Position numbers and translations under genes: made by a program. The notes under the pieces were generated by a model. That model was not told the origin of the DNA. It made no database searches and saw nothing but the letters and a program-made list of their open reading frames with translations. From a virus (Duplodnaviria; Caudoviricetes): 64,000 nucleotides of DNA. Every line of letters begins with the position of its first letter. Position 1 is the first letter of the stretch. The stretch lies in IMG/VR virus record IMGVR_UViG_3300025000_000057; one strand, 5' to 3'. Below, in pieces: positions 1 through 9,214 of the stretch.

Positions 1-822
1 GGAGTTCATTTCCCAAGCTAGAAAATCACCGAAGGAGATTGTATTTGTACTCTGATCTACAGTATTAATTTCCACCTTAACGTTGCCAATATTCTCGTAT
101 TCTAGTTCTATACAATTAGTCATGACCGGCTCTTTAAGTTCTACATTAATGGTAAGTACGGCATTTTCCTCACCATCTATATTTAAAACACACTGCCATG
201 TATCGTTAATACTATCGGAAAGAATGTTCTTTATGTCTCCGTATTGTTCAAGCACTCCATTCCCACTTACTCTGATATAAGCATCTATCATATCGAACTT
301 AGCAGGCAATCCTGCTAATCGCGGTAAACGAATGCTACTACGTTTTAAATCGACCATGGCATTAGTCGAAGGTAATCCTTGAGCATCATTACCAATGGTT
401 TCAACATTGTCAAAGCTTATGAAGCTATCTGTAAACCCTCTGATATTTGGATTGTCTAATTGCTCTTCTAATATAGCGCACTTAAGATTTAGCTCTTTAA
501 TCAATTGATTAAGTCTGTCTCTTTCATGGCTATAATATATTGAAAGGGCCATTAACTGTTGGCCCTGAGCTTTTGTTTCATTAAAAAGAGTTGATAAATC
601 CCATAGAATTTCCCGAAGTTGTTTATTCCACTGTGTGGCGTCAGATACTTCATCCGGAATTAACTTAATAGGATCGAAGAATGGTAGACCTAATACTTTC
701 TTTCCTTTAATCCTAGTAGCCAGAGTTTGAACTCTGGTTGTAAGAGGCTGAATACCATTCTTTAAAATGGTCATGTAAGCTTCCTTAGTGATCATTTGCT
801 GTTGCTGATTATACACGCTCAT
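1..822 (-). CDS. Baseplate/tail structural protein, 3'-truncated by window edge; paralog of the two genes at 825-4777
   Basis: Not in the ORF track. Manual translation from ATG at 822 (MSVYNQQQQMITKEAY...) stays open to position 1. It shares motifs with its neighbours (WNKQLREILWDLSTLFNE, FTDSFISFDNVE, AMVDLKRSSIRLP, ILSDSINDTW). Confidence 0.8.
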   Translation of the reverse strand, partial: MSVYNQQQQMITKEAYMTILKNGIQPLTTRVQTLATRIKGKKVLGLPFFDPIKLIPDEVSDATQWNKQLREILWDLSTLFNETKAQGQQLMALSIYYSHERDRLNQLIKELNLKCAILEEQLDNPNIRGFTDSFISFDNVETIGNDAQGLPSTNAMVDLKRSSIRLPRLAGLPAKFDMIDAYIRVSGNGVLEQYGDIKNILSDSINDTWQCVLNIDGEENAVLTINVELKEPVMTNCIELEYENIGNVKVEINTVDQSTNTISFGDFLAWEMNS

Positions 823-824
823 GG

Positions 825-2564
825 TTATACGCTCCTTGAGGTAACTTTTAAGTTATACTCAGTTACTAGTGGTGTATAGAAGTCTGCATCATCTAGTTCT
901 GCAACTTCTGGTCTTTGTAGTTCTACCTTTACCCTTACTTTATAGATAGGTTCGGAACTATCTATATAACCTACGTTATCAAGTCTTGCTTCAAGTGGGG
1001 TATTTGTGTTGATTAAGTAGAGTTTTTTTAAGTTCGTACCAATAGTACTAGTAGGATATATTCGGTGCCAATTAGCAGCATCGTCAATAGAGATATAAAA
1101 CCTAACCCAGTCACTGGTACCAAACTGTGGTGGTATTTGTATATTAGCCTCGATAGCTATTTCATTAATAGGATTCTTAGCTGGCCATATATCGCTAATA
1201 AATGTTGAAGTAGACTTGAACCTATAGTTAGCTAGGAGTATTTCCCTTAAACCTAATTGATACCTGGTAGCTTTAATAGCTTCGAGGTATATCTCAAGAC
1301 CGTCCGACGATACACTAAATAGATTGTTCTTAATCTCTTGTTCTTCGAAGATGGTCTCCTTTGTATATACGAGCCAGTCAACACCCCTAGTTCGCGGATT
1401 ATATTTAACACCAAGATTTCCTACACTAGGCATTGGCCCTAGAACCCTTAATCTCGATTCTTCTACACTACCGAATTGATTACCCTTTCTTTCACCTGGC
1501 TCTATAAAAGCCCAATGACCGGCCAATATAGAATATCCATGAGATTGTCTTAATCTTAAGAGTACTCTTTTAACCTTTTGCCGAGGTATTAGAAAAACTG
1601 TATCGTTATTTAGCATCTCATCTTTGGTAATTACAGACTTAAGCCCCTTACCATCGTCTAGTATTAAGTACTCTACAACAGGAGCTATAGCTCCCTTATC
1701 TGCCGGAATAAACGGTACGATACTTACCCAGTTAACTAGTTGTGCTATGCGAGGCTCTAATATTATTTCTATAATTAGATCTCCGCTATCGACCCATGAT
1801 ATTCCTTCTATATAATCAAGCCCAAGACCAAGTATATCTTGGCGTACACTATCACTGATATTAAACTTTTCAATCTCAAACCATGTATCCGTGTTACCAT
1901 CCATTGCATCAGCTAAATTAATATGAAGACCGTCTTCACCATAGAACTTGTACTTATTATCAATGGCTCGTACTTGATGTGTATTACCAGGCAAACCATT
2001 ACAATCCACGACACTAATATCGAGATCCTCTAATATAGAACTGTCTTCGGTAGCTAATGTTAAAACGCCAGCCCGTATATTAATTTCTGCCGGCGTATCT
2101 TTAACTATTGAGATATCGTAGTTATCAGTACTAGCAAACGTTTCTTTGAATATTTCGACCATGTTGGAATACTCTTTAGCCCTTGTGGATAGGGTAGCTA
2201 CCCTATTATTGAGAGTCTTAATCTTTCCTTGGATATTACTCCGTTGTATCTCTATATTCTTGAACTCTACAATGATAGCTTTTGCAAGATTACCTAACTC
2301 GCTATACAGTGAACTAAGGTCTTCAATTGCCTCTTCTATCATCATATTGTAATCGGAAGAGATAGGAGCGCCCTTAGCTTCTCTTATTGTAAAAGAGGGT
2401 TTATCCATAGTTAGATAGATATTCTGCAACGCTTCGTGTAACTTGTAATATAATTCTATAGGACTTTGAATACTTCCATTACGAACCTCTTGCTGGAGAG
2501 GTATTAGGTGAAGTTTCATGCGTTCTTCTAGTATCTTAGTCTTAGTAGACAATAGTATAGACAT
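825..2564 (-). CDS. Baseplate/tail structural protein (579 aa) with N-terminal coiled coil and discoidin-like beta-sandwich
   Basis: Long ORF with GGAGGAG RBS. Motifs YNMMIEEAIEDLSSLYSE, FKETFASTDNYD and NLADAMDGNTDTWF are shared with flanking genes. Position in the structural operon. Confidence 0.7.
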   Translation of the reverse strand: MSILLSTKTKILEERMKLHLIPLQQEVRNGSIQSPIELYYKLHEALQNIYLTMDKPSFTIREAKGAPISSDYNMMIEEAIEDLSSLYSELGNLAKAIIVEFKNIEIQRSNIQGKIKTLNNRVATLSTRAKEYSNMVEIFKETFASTDNYDISIVKDTPAEINIRAGVLTLATEDSSILEDLDISVVDCNGLPGNTHQVRAIDNKYKFYGEDGLHINLADAMDGNTDTWFEIEKFNISDSVRQDILGLGLDYIEGISWVDSGDLIIEIILEPRIAQLVNWVSIVPFIPADKGAIAPVVEYLILDDGKGLKSVITKDEMLNNDTVFLIPRQKVKRVLLRLRQSHGYSILAGHWAFIEPGERKGNQFGSVEESRLRVLGPMPSVGNLGVKYNPRTRGVDWLVYTKETIFEEQEIKNNLFSVSSDGLEIYLEAIKATRYQLGLREILLANYRFKSTSTFISDIWPAKNPINEIAIEANIQIPPQFGTSDWVRFYISIDDAANWHRIYPTSTIGTNLKKLYLINTNTPLEARLDNVGYIDSSEPIYKVRVKVELQRPEVAELDDADFYTPLVTEYNLKVTSRSV

Positions 2565-2575
2565 TAAAACTCCTC

Positions 2576-4777
2576 CTATTTTATAATCTTGGTAAGTAAC
2601 ATGTAATCTTGCATAATAGGTGTAACACCAAACTGATCAGGCACAATCCGTCTTAGTATAGCCTTAACTCGCAGTGTATCTATCAGATATGAATAGTTGA
2701 CCGTAACGGTAATGTCCTTAGCTAATACGGTATTAAATTGCATTTCGTTACCATAGATACAGTACTGATAATTCTGCCCCGCGAATTGCTCAAGTTCTAT
2801 ATTGCCTGTGAAATAATCTGTCTTATTTTCTAACCGCACGGCGGTTTCGCTATTAAGAGGTTGTGTAATCGTCTCGCCCGTTGCTAATTTAATAGTAACT
2901 ACAACCGGTATTAGTTCGCCGGATAGAATGCTAGGATTCCAATCCTCTGGCAATTTATATAGGATCTCTTTATCGATAAAATGATACTTTGATAAATGAA
3001 TCTTACCTGCATTATCGGTACCGTTAAACACCTGGGTAATGGTTTCATTATTTAAATCAAACTTAACTATCTTCGCCTCTTCGGTAGGAACATAATCCAC
3101 TGTGTAAATAGTTCCAAATTTCCAATCATTGATGATGATAATATCATTGTTAATCATATACTCATTCTGTCCAAGAGGTAGACCATTACCCTTAACGGTA
3201 ATAATACGGTCGTACTTTGCTACTGTCTTAGCTCCAAACACTTGCTGTCCTCTTATTAAATAAGTCTTCATGATAAGGAGTTCGTTGTAAATGGTATCAA
3301 TATTGAGTGGCACAATAGGGTAGAACTCATTATCCGGGTCTCCAATGTAATACTCTATATTAGCAAGTTTAAATCTTTTAAGTTGATCGTTTAGATAAAT
3401 AGGTATTTTCTCACTTACAGCGATACTTACTTCCCTTATTACCCCACCCAGGGATATGGGACTTGATACATATACAGCACTCATTGCAAACTGATTGTAC
3501 TTTACGCCGATATCAAACATACCGAATTCGTACTGATATTTAACTACAGGAACTCTGGTATCTTCTGTATCGGCTTTAAGAATCTTATCTATATCATTTT
3601 GTATCTCACTTGTAGCTTTTAAGAATGCCATTATACCCGGCATCTCTTCACAGATAGTTTCATAATTTGCAAAGTTTAACGTAGCGGGACTAGGTATGAT
3701 GCTAACAGGAGTTAATAAGTTTCTTTCCTTAATCTTATCCCTGCTCGATAATATAATGTCTCGTTCTATATAGTGTCTTTGATTTAATATAATCCAGAAT
3801 TTCTTAACAACGATATCCGGGAATGTATATACATGTAAATCCTTGGTAGATACATTACGCAGATCTTCAATAGCCTGAAATGGCGAAACAAGACTAATCG
3901 GTTGCTCGTTAGGATTATCAGAACTAAACGCCATGACACTAATTATATCAATTGGAAATCTTGTAAATGGTTTAAAACTCAACTGGTTGACGCTTTGAGC
4001 CGCATTTAATGTAATGTCTAGGATAAACGGTACGCCTTCTTTTATACCGTAAGCCTCTGGCCCAAAATTTACCTTAACAGGTTCGTCGGTTAAAATACTA
4101 CAGTACCAATAAGTATCAGGACTTGTATCAATAGCCTTATCGAGAGAAGATTTAGGGTTTTCTATTTCCCTAAACGAGGCAGCTACCTGACGTATCACGT
4201 TAATAGAAGCGATCGATTGTCCCAGTACATTTACCAGACAATTAACCTCATTTATAAGAGGCAACTTAACGCATTCATGCTCCATGTCCATGTACGCAAA
4301 TGGCAATAATGAGCCATCTCTATCTAATCTTAATGCCGGATCGAGATCTACATTAAAACCGTCTATGAAAGATTCCTTATAGAAAGTCTGTCCACTATTA
4401 TTAATTAAATTAGCAGAGTTATCGAGTTCTTCATCTAGGATTTTCAGTTCGATAATAGAGTTTTCTACAGACGATTGATTAAGTCTTTGTTGTCTATTAA
4501 TAGATTGGTCTAATAAATCGACCTGTTTGAATAGTACATTTAGATCTATATTTAACTCTTGGAACGACTGGTTAATATTCTCAGCATCCGTTAAATCAAT
4601 TTGCTTTCTTAATATCATGGAGGGTGTATCAAGAGATATAGATTCAATATTCTTTACAAGATAAGAGTACTCTGTTTCAGACTTTATAACACCGGTTTTG
4701 TATAGGTTATCTAATCGCTCCAAGAGGTATTGTTTCTTGATATTCTTTAAATCAATATCTGTAAGCTGTAAGTTCAT
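2576..4777 (-). CDS. Baseplate/tail structural protein (733 aa), paralog of 825-2564
   Basis: Long ORF with GGAGGTG RBS. Motifs INQSFQELNIDLNVLFKQ, YKESFIDGFNVD, SLDKAIDTSPDTYW. Confidence 0.7.
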   Translation of the reverse strand: MNLQLTDIDLKNIKKQYLLERLDNLYKTGVIKSETEYSYLVKNIESISLDTPSMILRKQIDLTDAENINQSFQELNIDLNVLFKQVDLLDQSINRQQRLNQSSVENSIIELKILDEELDNSANLINNSGQTFYKESFIDGFNVDLDPALRLDRDGSLLPFAYMDMEHECVKLPLINEVNCLVNVLGQSIASINVIRQVAASFREIENPKSSLDKAIDTSPDTYWYCSILTDEPVKVNFGPEAYGIKEGVPFILDITLNAAQSVNQLSFKPFTRFPIDIISVMAFSSDNPNEQPISLVSPFQAIEDLRNVSTKDLHVYTFPDIVVKKFWIILNQRHYIERDIILSSRDKIKERNLLTPVSIIPSPATLNFANYETICEEMPGIMAFLKATSEIQNDIDKILKADTEDTRVPVVKYQYEFGMFDIGVKYNQFAMSAVYVSSPISLGGVIREVSIAVSEKIPIYLNDQLKRFKLANIEYYIGDPDNEFYPIVPLNIDTIYNELLIMKTYLIRGQQVFGAKTVAKYDRIITVKGNGLPLGQNEYMINNDIIIINDWKFGTIYTVDYVPTEEAKIVKFDLNNETITQVFNGTDNAGKIHLSKYHFIDKEILYKLPEDWNPSILSGELIPVVVTIKLATGETITQPLNSETAVRLENKTDYFTGNIELEQFAGQNYQYCIYGNEMQFNTVLAKDITVTVNYSYLIDTLRVKAILRRIVPDQFGVTPIMQDYMLLTKIIK

Positions 4778-4843
4778 TATCTCACCTCCTATAGCAAATT
4801 ATCTATTCACAATATAGAATAAGCCATATATTTATTAGTTCCT

Positions 4844-6043
4844 CTATATTAATTTATTATATATAATAACGACATCCATTAAGGGGCTCAGGATGGTAAC
4901 ACCTGTCCATATAACATCTCCATCTTCATTTACAGAAGCGTTTTTAGAACCCCAGTAGGTGGTATCACCTACTGATACTCCTAATAGTTTAATTAAACCA
5001 AGAGGAGAACCGAGATTTGTCTGACCGTTTGTAGATATGGTAACTTCCATTATATCTGTAATTCCGATTAAACCTGATTGTGTTTGTATAGACTTTACTA
5101 TCAATGGGGAGTCTAACTCGAACCCATCTTCTGTCTTCATCATGATGCCATTACCGATCTTGATAGAACCTGTTGATTCGTTACCTACTATCAAGTTTTC
5201 AGTTACCGTCAATTGCCGCACCTTATAATTCCCAGACTGATTTAAATGTCCAGGTTGAATAACACCAGGCCCGATCATATCTTCTGAGATAATACCGCTT
5301 TTACGAACAAGACAATCTAATTCCTTAGATTTGGCTACCAGATCGTGTTCAACAGAAAGGCCGGCTATACCTATTTTATGAGCTATTAATATCTGAATGA
5401 TATTCCAGCCTTCTCTTAAATCATAAGACCTTTCTATAGTAACATCATAAGAACTTTCACCGATTTCATCCATGTCTCCATTGATGCTTGTACTAAGATT
5501 TCCATCGTATTTAAACTTTAATTTAACGATATCGGCCTGTTCCATTAGGACGAGTATTGTATAACGCCTAACCACATTGTCTTTAAATTCGATACCCCTG
5601 TCGACATGAATTTCTGCATTCTCTCCAAAGTAATACCCTTCTCTGATAGCAAAACTATCCGCTTTATCAAACAGTTCGTCAGAAGGAGTTGTGTATGGAA
5701 AATCTATCTCTTCCACTTTCCATGGAGAAAGAAGTAATCGTATATCTTCTTTATTATATATACTCGTACCGTCAACACCACTTAGGCTACTAATTAAATC
5801 ATGGAGAGTTTGGTCGGCAACTTGTCTTGCATCCGTCTCTCCAGTTAACCCTGTCTCTAAACTATTTACCTTACTTACAAGTCCCGTGTGAGCATTTCCG
5901 AGTACACCGAGTTGTTCAGTCAACTCTAGATCTGCATTAATACGATCGGTACCCTCCTTAGATACTTTATTATATAAGTCAGCCTCTACGGGCGTCATTA
6001 TCTTAATAAAGGTACCATCTGGACGTTGTTCAATTCTAGGCAT
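4844..6043 (-). CDS. Tail fibre-like virion protein (399 aa)
   Basis: ORF with GGAGGTG RBS. N-terminal coiled coil (ETDARQVADQTL), central beta-sandwich (LREGWNIIQILIAH), fibre-like SGIISEDMIGPGVIQPGHL. Confidence 0.55.
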   Translation of the reverse strand: MPRIEQRPDGTFIKIMTPVEADLYNKVSKEGTDRINADLELTEQLGVLGNAHTGLVSKVNSLETGLTGETDARQVADQTLHDLISSLSGVDGTSIYNKEDIRLLLSPWKVEEIDFPYTTPSDELFDKADSFAIREGYYFGENAEIHVDRGIEFKDNVVRRYTILVLMEQADIVKLKFKYDGNLSTSINGDMDEIGESSYDVTIERSYDLREGWNIIQILIAHKIGIAGLSVEHDLVAKSKELDCLVRKSGIISEDMIGPGVIQPGHLNQSGNYKVRQLTVTENLIVGNESTGSIKIGNGIMMKTEDGFELDSPLIVKSIQTQSGLIGITDIMEVTISTNGQTNLGSPLGLIKLLGVSVGDTTYWGSKNASVNEDGDVIWTGVTILSPLMDVVIIYNKLI

Positions 6044-6878
6044 CTATTACACCTCCAAATCTAGCTTTAACCTCATCTAATACAGTATCGGTATTGGCTA
6101 GAATTTCCTCGTGGACGCCTAAGAATTCAGTCTTAGTGTCCACATTCTTATAATTAATTCCAGTAACCTTGGCCTTATCTCCATCTATCATTACCACAGC
6201 TTTTACCCTTCCGGTTAAATCCTCTACAGCGCCGGGTGGACTTGACTCGAAATAAATCAAATGAACTGTTCCTCCTGGAGAATCGTATCTAACAACTTTC
6301 TCATTCTCTTTAACAATGTATGAATCTCCTGTTACCCGCCCCGGTCGGCCCCAGCTTTCGCTAACCATCCGGCCCGTATATTGATAGACTTCTATCTTAA
6401 TAGAGGTACTTTCCGTAACACCGTTTTGACCTGGGTCGCTTTCAAACATCAAAACTCCGGCTTTATAATCAAATACCCAGGATAGATCTGATAACTCAGG
6501 TATTCTTGTTTCATCACCCTTGAATATCTTCGCTACATAACCTGGGCCATATTTGGGACTTATAAAGTTACCAGCTATCTCAGTAACATCTCCGGTACCT
6601 GAAGACCAGTTAGATTGCCATACCGGTAATGCTACCCATGCTTTATTCCCCGAAACTGTTTTATCTCTGGTAAGAGTGAGATTCATCTTCTTAATAATAT
6701 CCGTATCAGCAATCGGCACGTCTCGGGGGATCGATTCAGCATACACTTCGTCAGCATGTAGGTCGAAAGCGGTAGGTATATTCTCTTCAAAGAATTGTTT
6801 ATCCGGGCTCGTACGAGCCCGGCTGAATATAGCTTTCCATAGTCTATCTGTTTTAGAACTATCTAACCAATTAGCCAT
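6036..6878 (-). CDS. Virion structural protein (280 aa), unknown function
   Basis: ORF overlapping the next gene by 8 nt, GGTGG RBS. Contains SPKYGPGYVAKIF...WVFDYKAGVLMF. Function inferred from context only. Confidence 0.55.
   Translation of the reverse strand: MANWLDSSKTDRLWKAIFSRARTSPDKQFFEENIPTAFDLHADEVYAESIPRDVPIADTDIIKKMNLTLTRDKTVSGNKAWVALPVWQSNWSSGTGDVTEIAGNFISPKYGPGYVAKIFKGDETRIPELSDLSWVFDYKAGVLMFESDPGQNGVTESTSIKIEVYQYTGRMVSESWGRPGRVTGDSYIVKENEKVVRYDSPGGTVHLIYFESSPPGAVEDLTGRVKAVVMIDGDKAKVTGINYKNVDTKTEFLGVHEEILANTDTVLDEVKARFGGVIDA
6803..6822. repeat. 20-bp perfect palindrome near the 5' end of a CDS
   Basis: CCGGGCTCGTACGAGCCCGG is self-complementary; nt 57-76 of gene 6036-6878. Confidence 0.9.
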
Positions 6879-6879
6879 C

Positions 6880-9201
6880 TTACCACCCTGCCTTTAGTGC
6901 TGTGATAATCCTACTATTATTTCTAAGGGTAACTCTAACGTAAATTCTACCACCACAGTCTACAGTCGAGAGTCCTCCGAATGTAGCTGTTAAGGTAGCT
7001 TTGCCGCCAGAATAGCTAACACTTCCGCTCAACATACCCCAGCCATCCTGACTCTTACCTGCTGAGGAATCGTATGGTTTGAGAGCATCTCCCCAACCGG
7101 ATAAGTTCGGTAACTTGATTTCAATATTAATATCACCTTGGCCAATCTGACCGAGTCCATTAGTTATACCTTCCAAAGTCATGACTACACTAGATTTACC
7201 ACTTGCTGCCGCAAAGGCCCGACAATACTGTTGATTACCTGTAAAACTACTGTAGTTTACTACGTTTTCTGGTAGGTTAGAAACAAAGTCCTTAACCGGG
7301 TATATCAAACCAGTTAGATAGCATTGAGCATTACTATTTATTAAAGCAAGCGTGCTATCCCATTGATTCTTAATTGCATTATTGGTAACCTCGAAGTTAA
7401 AGTTGAGAGGAAGTCGATAAATCTCGTCACAGAAATACTCTTGCGTATCATTACTTCTATTTCCATAAGTTGTAACCAGAATACCGTTAGATGACGTTTT
7501 CTTTATATCTTTATTACCATACGGATCTTGAACAGTTACCGTTACTAAAGCGTCTTCTGAAACAACATTTATCTTATCTAACTCTACAATCTCGCTAACT
7601 TCAAATACATCTGCAATTCCTGGTATACTTTGTGGATTTTGAATCCTAGTATTTAGACCAGGCATCTCTATTGTTCCTACTTGACTTGAATGATAAATAC
7701 TCTTAAATACATTATCAGCTTTATAAGAGATATTAAACTTATCACCTATAGTATAATATTTAACACCACTTAGGTATCTACCCAAGATACTATGCTCTAC
7801 AATAGTCGGCAATGTTGATACTACTATCGGTGTATTATCAGTATCTATTCTCATCTGATAGATATCACCTTCTTGTTGTACAACAAGTTCTCTTTTAACC
7901 TGGATTGTGTGTATACCATCTCCAATATTAGTATCGAGTTCTATTTGTGCCGATGCTATTTGCCATTTCTTAAAGTTATATTTCTTAACCCATAGTATTT
8001 TAAAGACACCACCGGTAAATGTAGCAGCACCTTCAAATAACGGAGATCCGTCACCGGTGAGATTGTACGTAGTTAAATCCTGCTCTCCGTTTCGATTATC
8101 TTCATTAAAGTTTGCTCCAAGGTCTATTGCAGCAACCTTAGTATCATCGAGATAAAGACATATAAGCCCTGTATCTGCAAAGTTAAATGTAGGTATTGTC
8201 CAAATTCCTTTAGATGTAAGCACTACATCGTTTACTATTTGGCCAGGTACTCTCCCGTCTTTATACCATTTGTCACTGGTTAAATCCTTTGGCAATTTGC
8301 CAGTATACTTTGTTGGCCCACCAAATAAAGATTTAGTCATGGGTTCTGCATTTTCGGGCGCAAGTGATAAAACAACTTCATTAAGGTCATCTAAAGCATT
8401 GGCTACGAATGTATCCGGCGTCCAGGTAGCTACACCGTCAGACCAACTACCGTCTTGAGGACGACCTAATTTAATCGCATCGGCGGTTTCTTTCACAGTT
8501 ATAACTTGTCCATCATCACTATCATCCGGCGGCTGTTCTGGATCGATTTCAATAGTTCCTTCACCCAATGGCATTCCGATCACACTCCCATCAGGTAGTG
8601 CAATAATACCTATGGTAGGATCCCACCATAGAAGAGCCCAGCTTTCTATGCGAGGACTATTTGTAAGAGCGGATCTAGATAATTCTGCTCTTATAATCAG
8701 AGTATTACCATCGGTAGAGATATGCTTTAATGGATTACTGGAAGGATCTATATCAAAGTAATCTATACCGTTATTACTTATTTGAAATTTAACCAACGTT
8801 CCTTGTGGCGTATAATATTTAGTCAGTAAAATGATATCGTTTACAGGTAACTTTGAGGGATTGATATAGGGCTTTGAATATACAAATCCAGTAAGTACTG
8901 AACTGTCCGGGTTTAATATTACAGCTCGCTCATTTTCGTCAAAGATAACTTCGTAACTACTGTATAAATCTATCCGGTCATCATTTTTAAATAAGTCAAT
9001 CCATAAGATATTAACTGCCGGATGGTGCTCTAAAACCATCTGGCAGTCTTGTTTAAAGTTATCGTCACGAATCTGAAATAAGATCCGTTGACTTTGCTCT
9101 TGTATATCTTGAATGATATTGATATCGGTAGCAGATATATTTTGTTGTATATTATCAGCCTTAGGTGGTAACTTTATAAAACGATTAGGATCTAATGTCA
9201 T
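6880..9201 (-). CDS. Virion structural/tail appendage protein (773 aa from ATG 9201)
   Basis: The track start at 9285 overlaps the upstream gene. ATG 9201 (MTLDPNRF) has a GGAG RBS. Beta-rich sequence with an acidic linker (PEQPPDDSDDG). Confidence 0.6.
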   Translation of the reverse strand: MTLDPNRFIKLPPKADNIQQNISATDINIIQDIQEQSQRILFQIRDDNFKQDCQMVLEHHPAVNILWIDLFKNDDRIDLYSSYEVIFDENERAVILNPDSSVLTGFVYSKPYINPSKLPVNDIILLTKYYTPQGTLVKFQISNNGIDYFDIDPSSNPLKHISTDGNTLIIRAELSRSALTNSPRIESWALLWWDPTIGIIALPDGSVIGMPLGEGTIEIDPEQPPDDSDDGQVITVKETADAIKLGRPQDGSWSDGVATWTPDTFVANALDDLNEVVLSLAPENAEPMTKSLFGGPTKYTGKLPKDLTSDKWYKDGRVPGQIVNDVVLTSKGIWTIPTFNFADTGLICLYLDDTKVAAIDLGANFNEDNRNGEQDLTTYNLTGDGSPLFEGAATFTGGVFKILWVKKYNFKKWQIASAQIELDTNIGDGIHTIQVKRELVVQQEGDIYQMRIDTDNTPIVVSTLPTIVEHSILGRYLSGVKYYTIGDKFNISYKADNVFKSIYHSSQVGTIEMPGLNTRIQNPQSIPGIADVFEVSEIVELDKINVVSEDALVTVTVQDPYGNKDIKKTSSNGILVTTYGNRSNDTQEYFCDEIYRLPLNFNFEVTNNAIKNQWDSTLALINSNAQCYLTGLIYPVKDFVSNLPENVVNYSSFTGNQQYCRAFAAASGKSSVVMTLEGITNGLGQIGQGDINIEIKLPNLSGWGDALKPYDSSAGKSQDGWGMLSGSVSYSGGKATLTATFGGLSTVDCGGRIYVRVTLRNNSRIITALKAGW

Positions 9202-9214
9202 TATTTTACACTCC

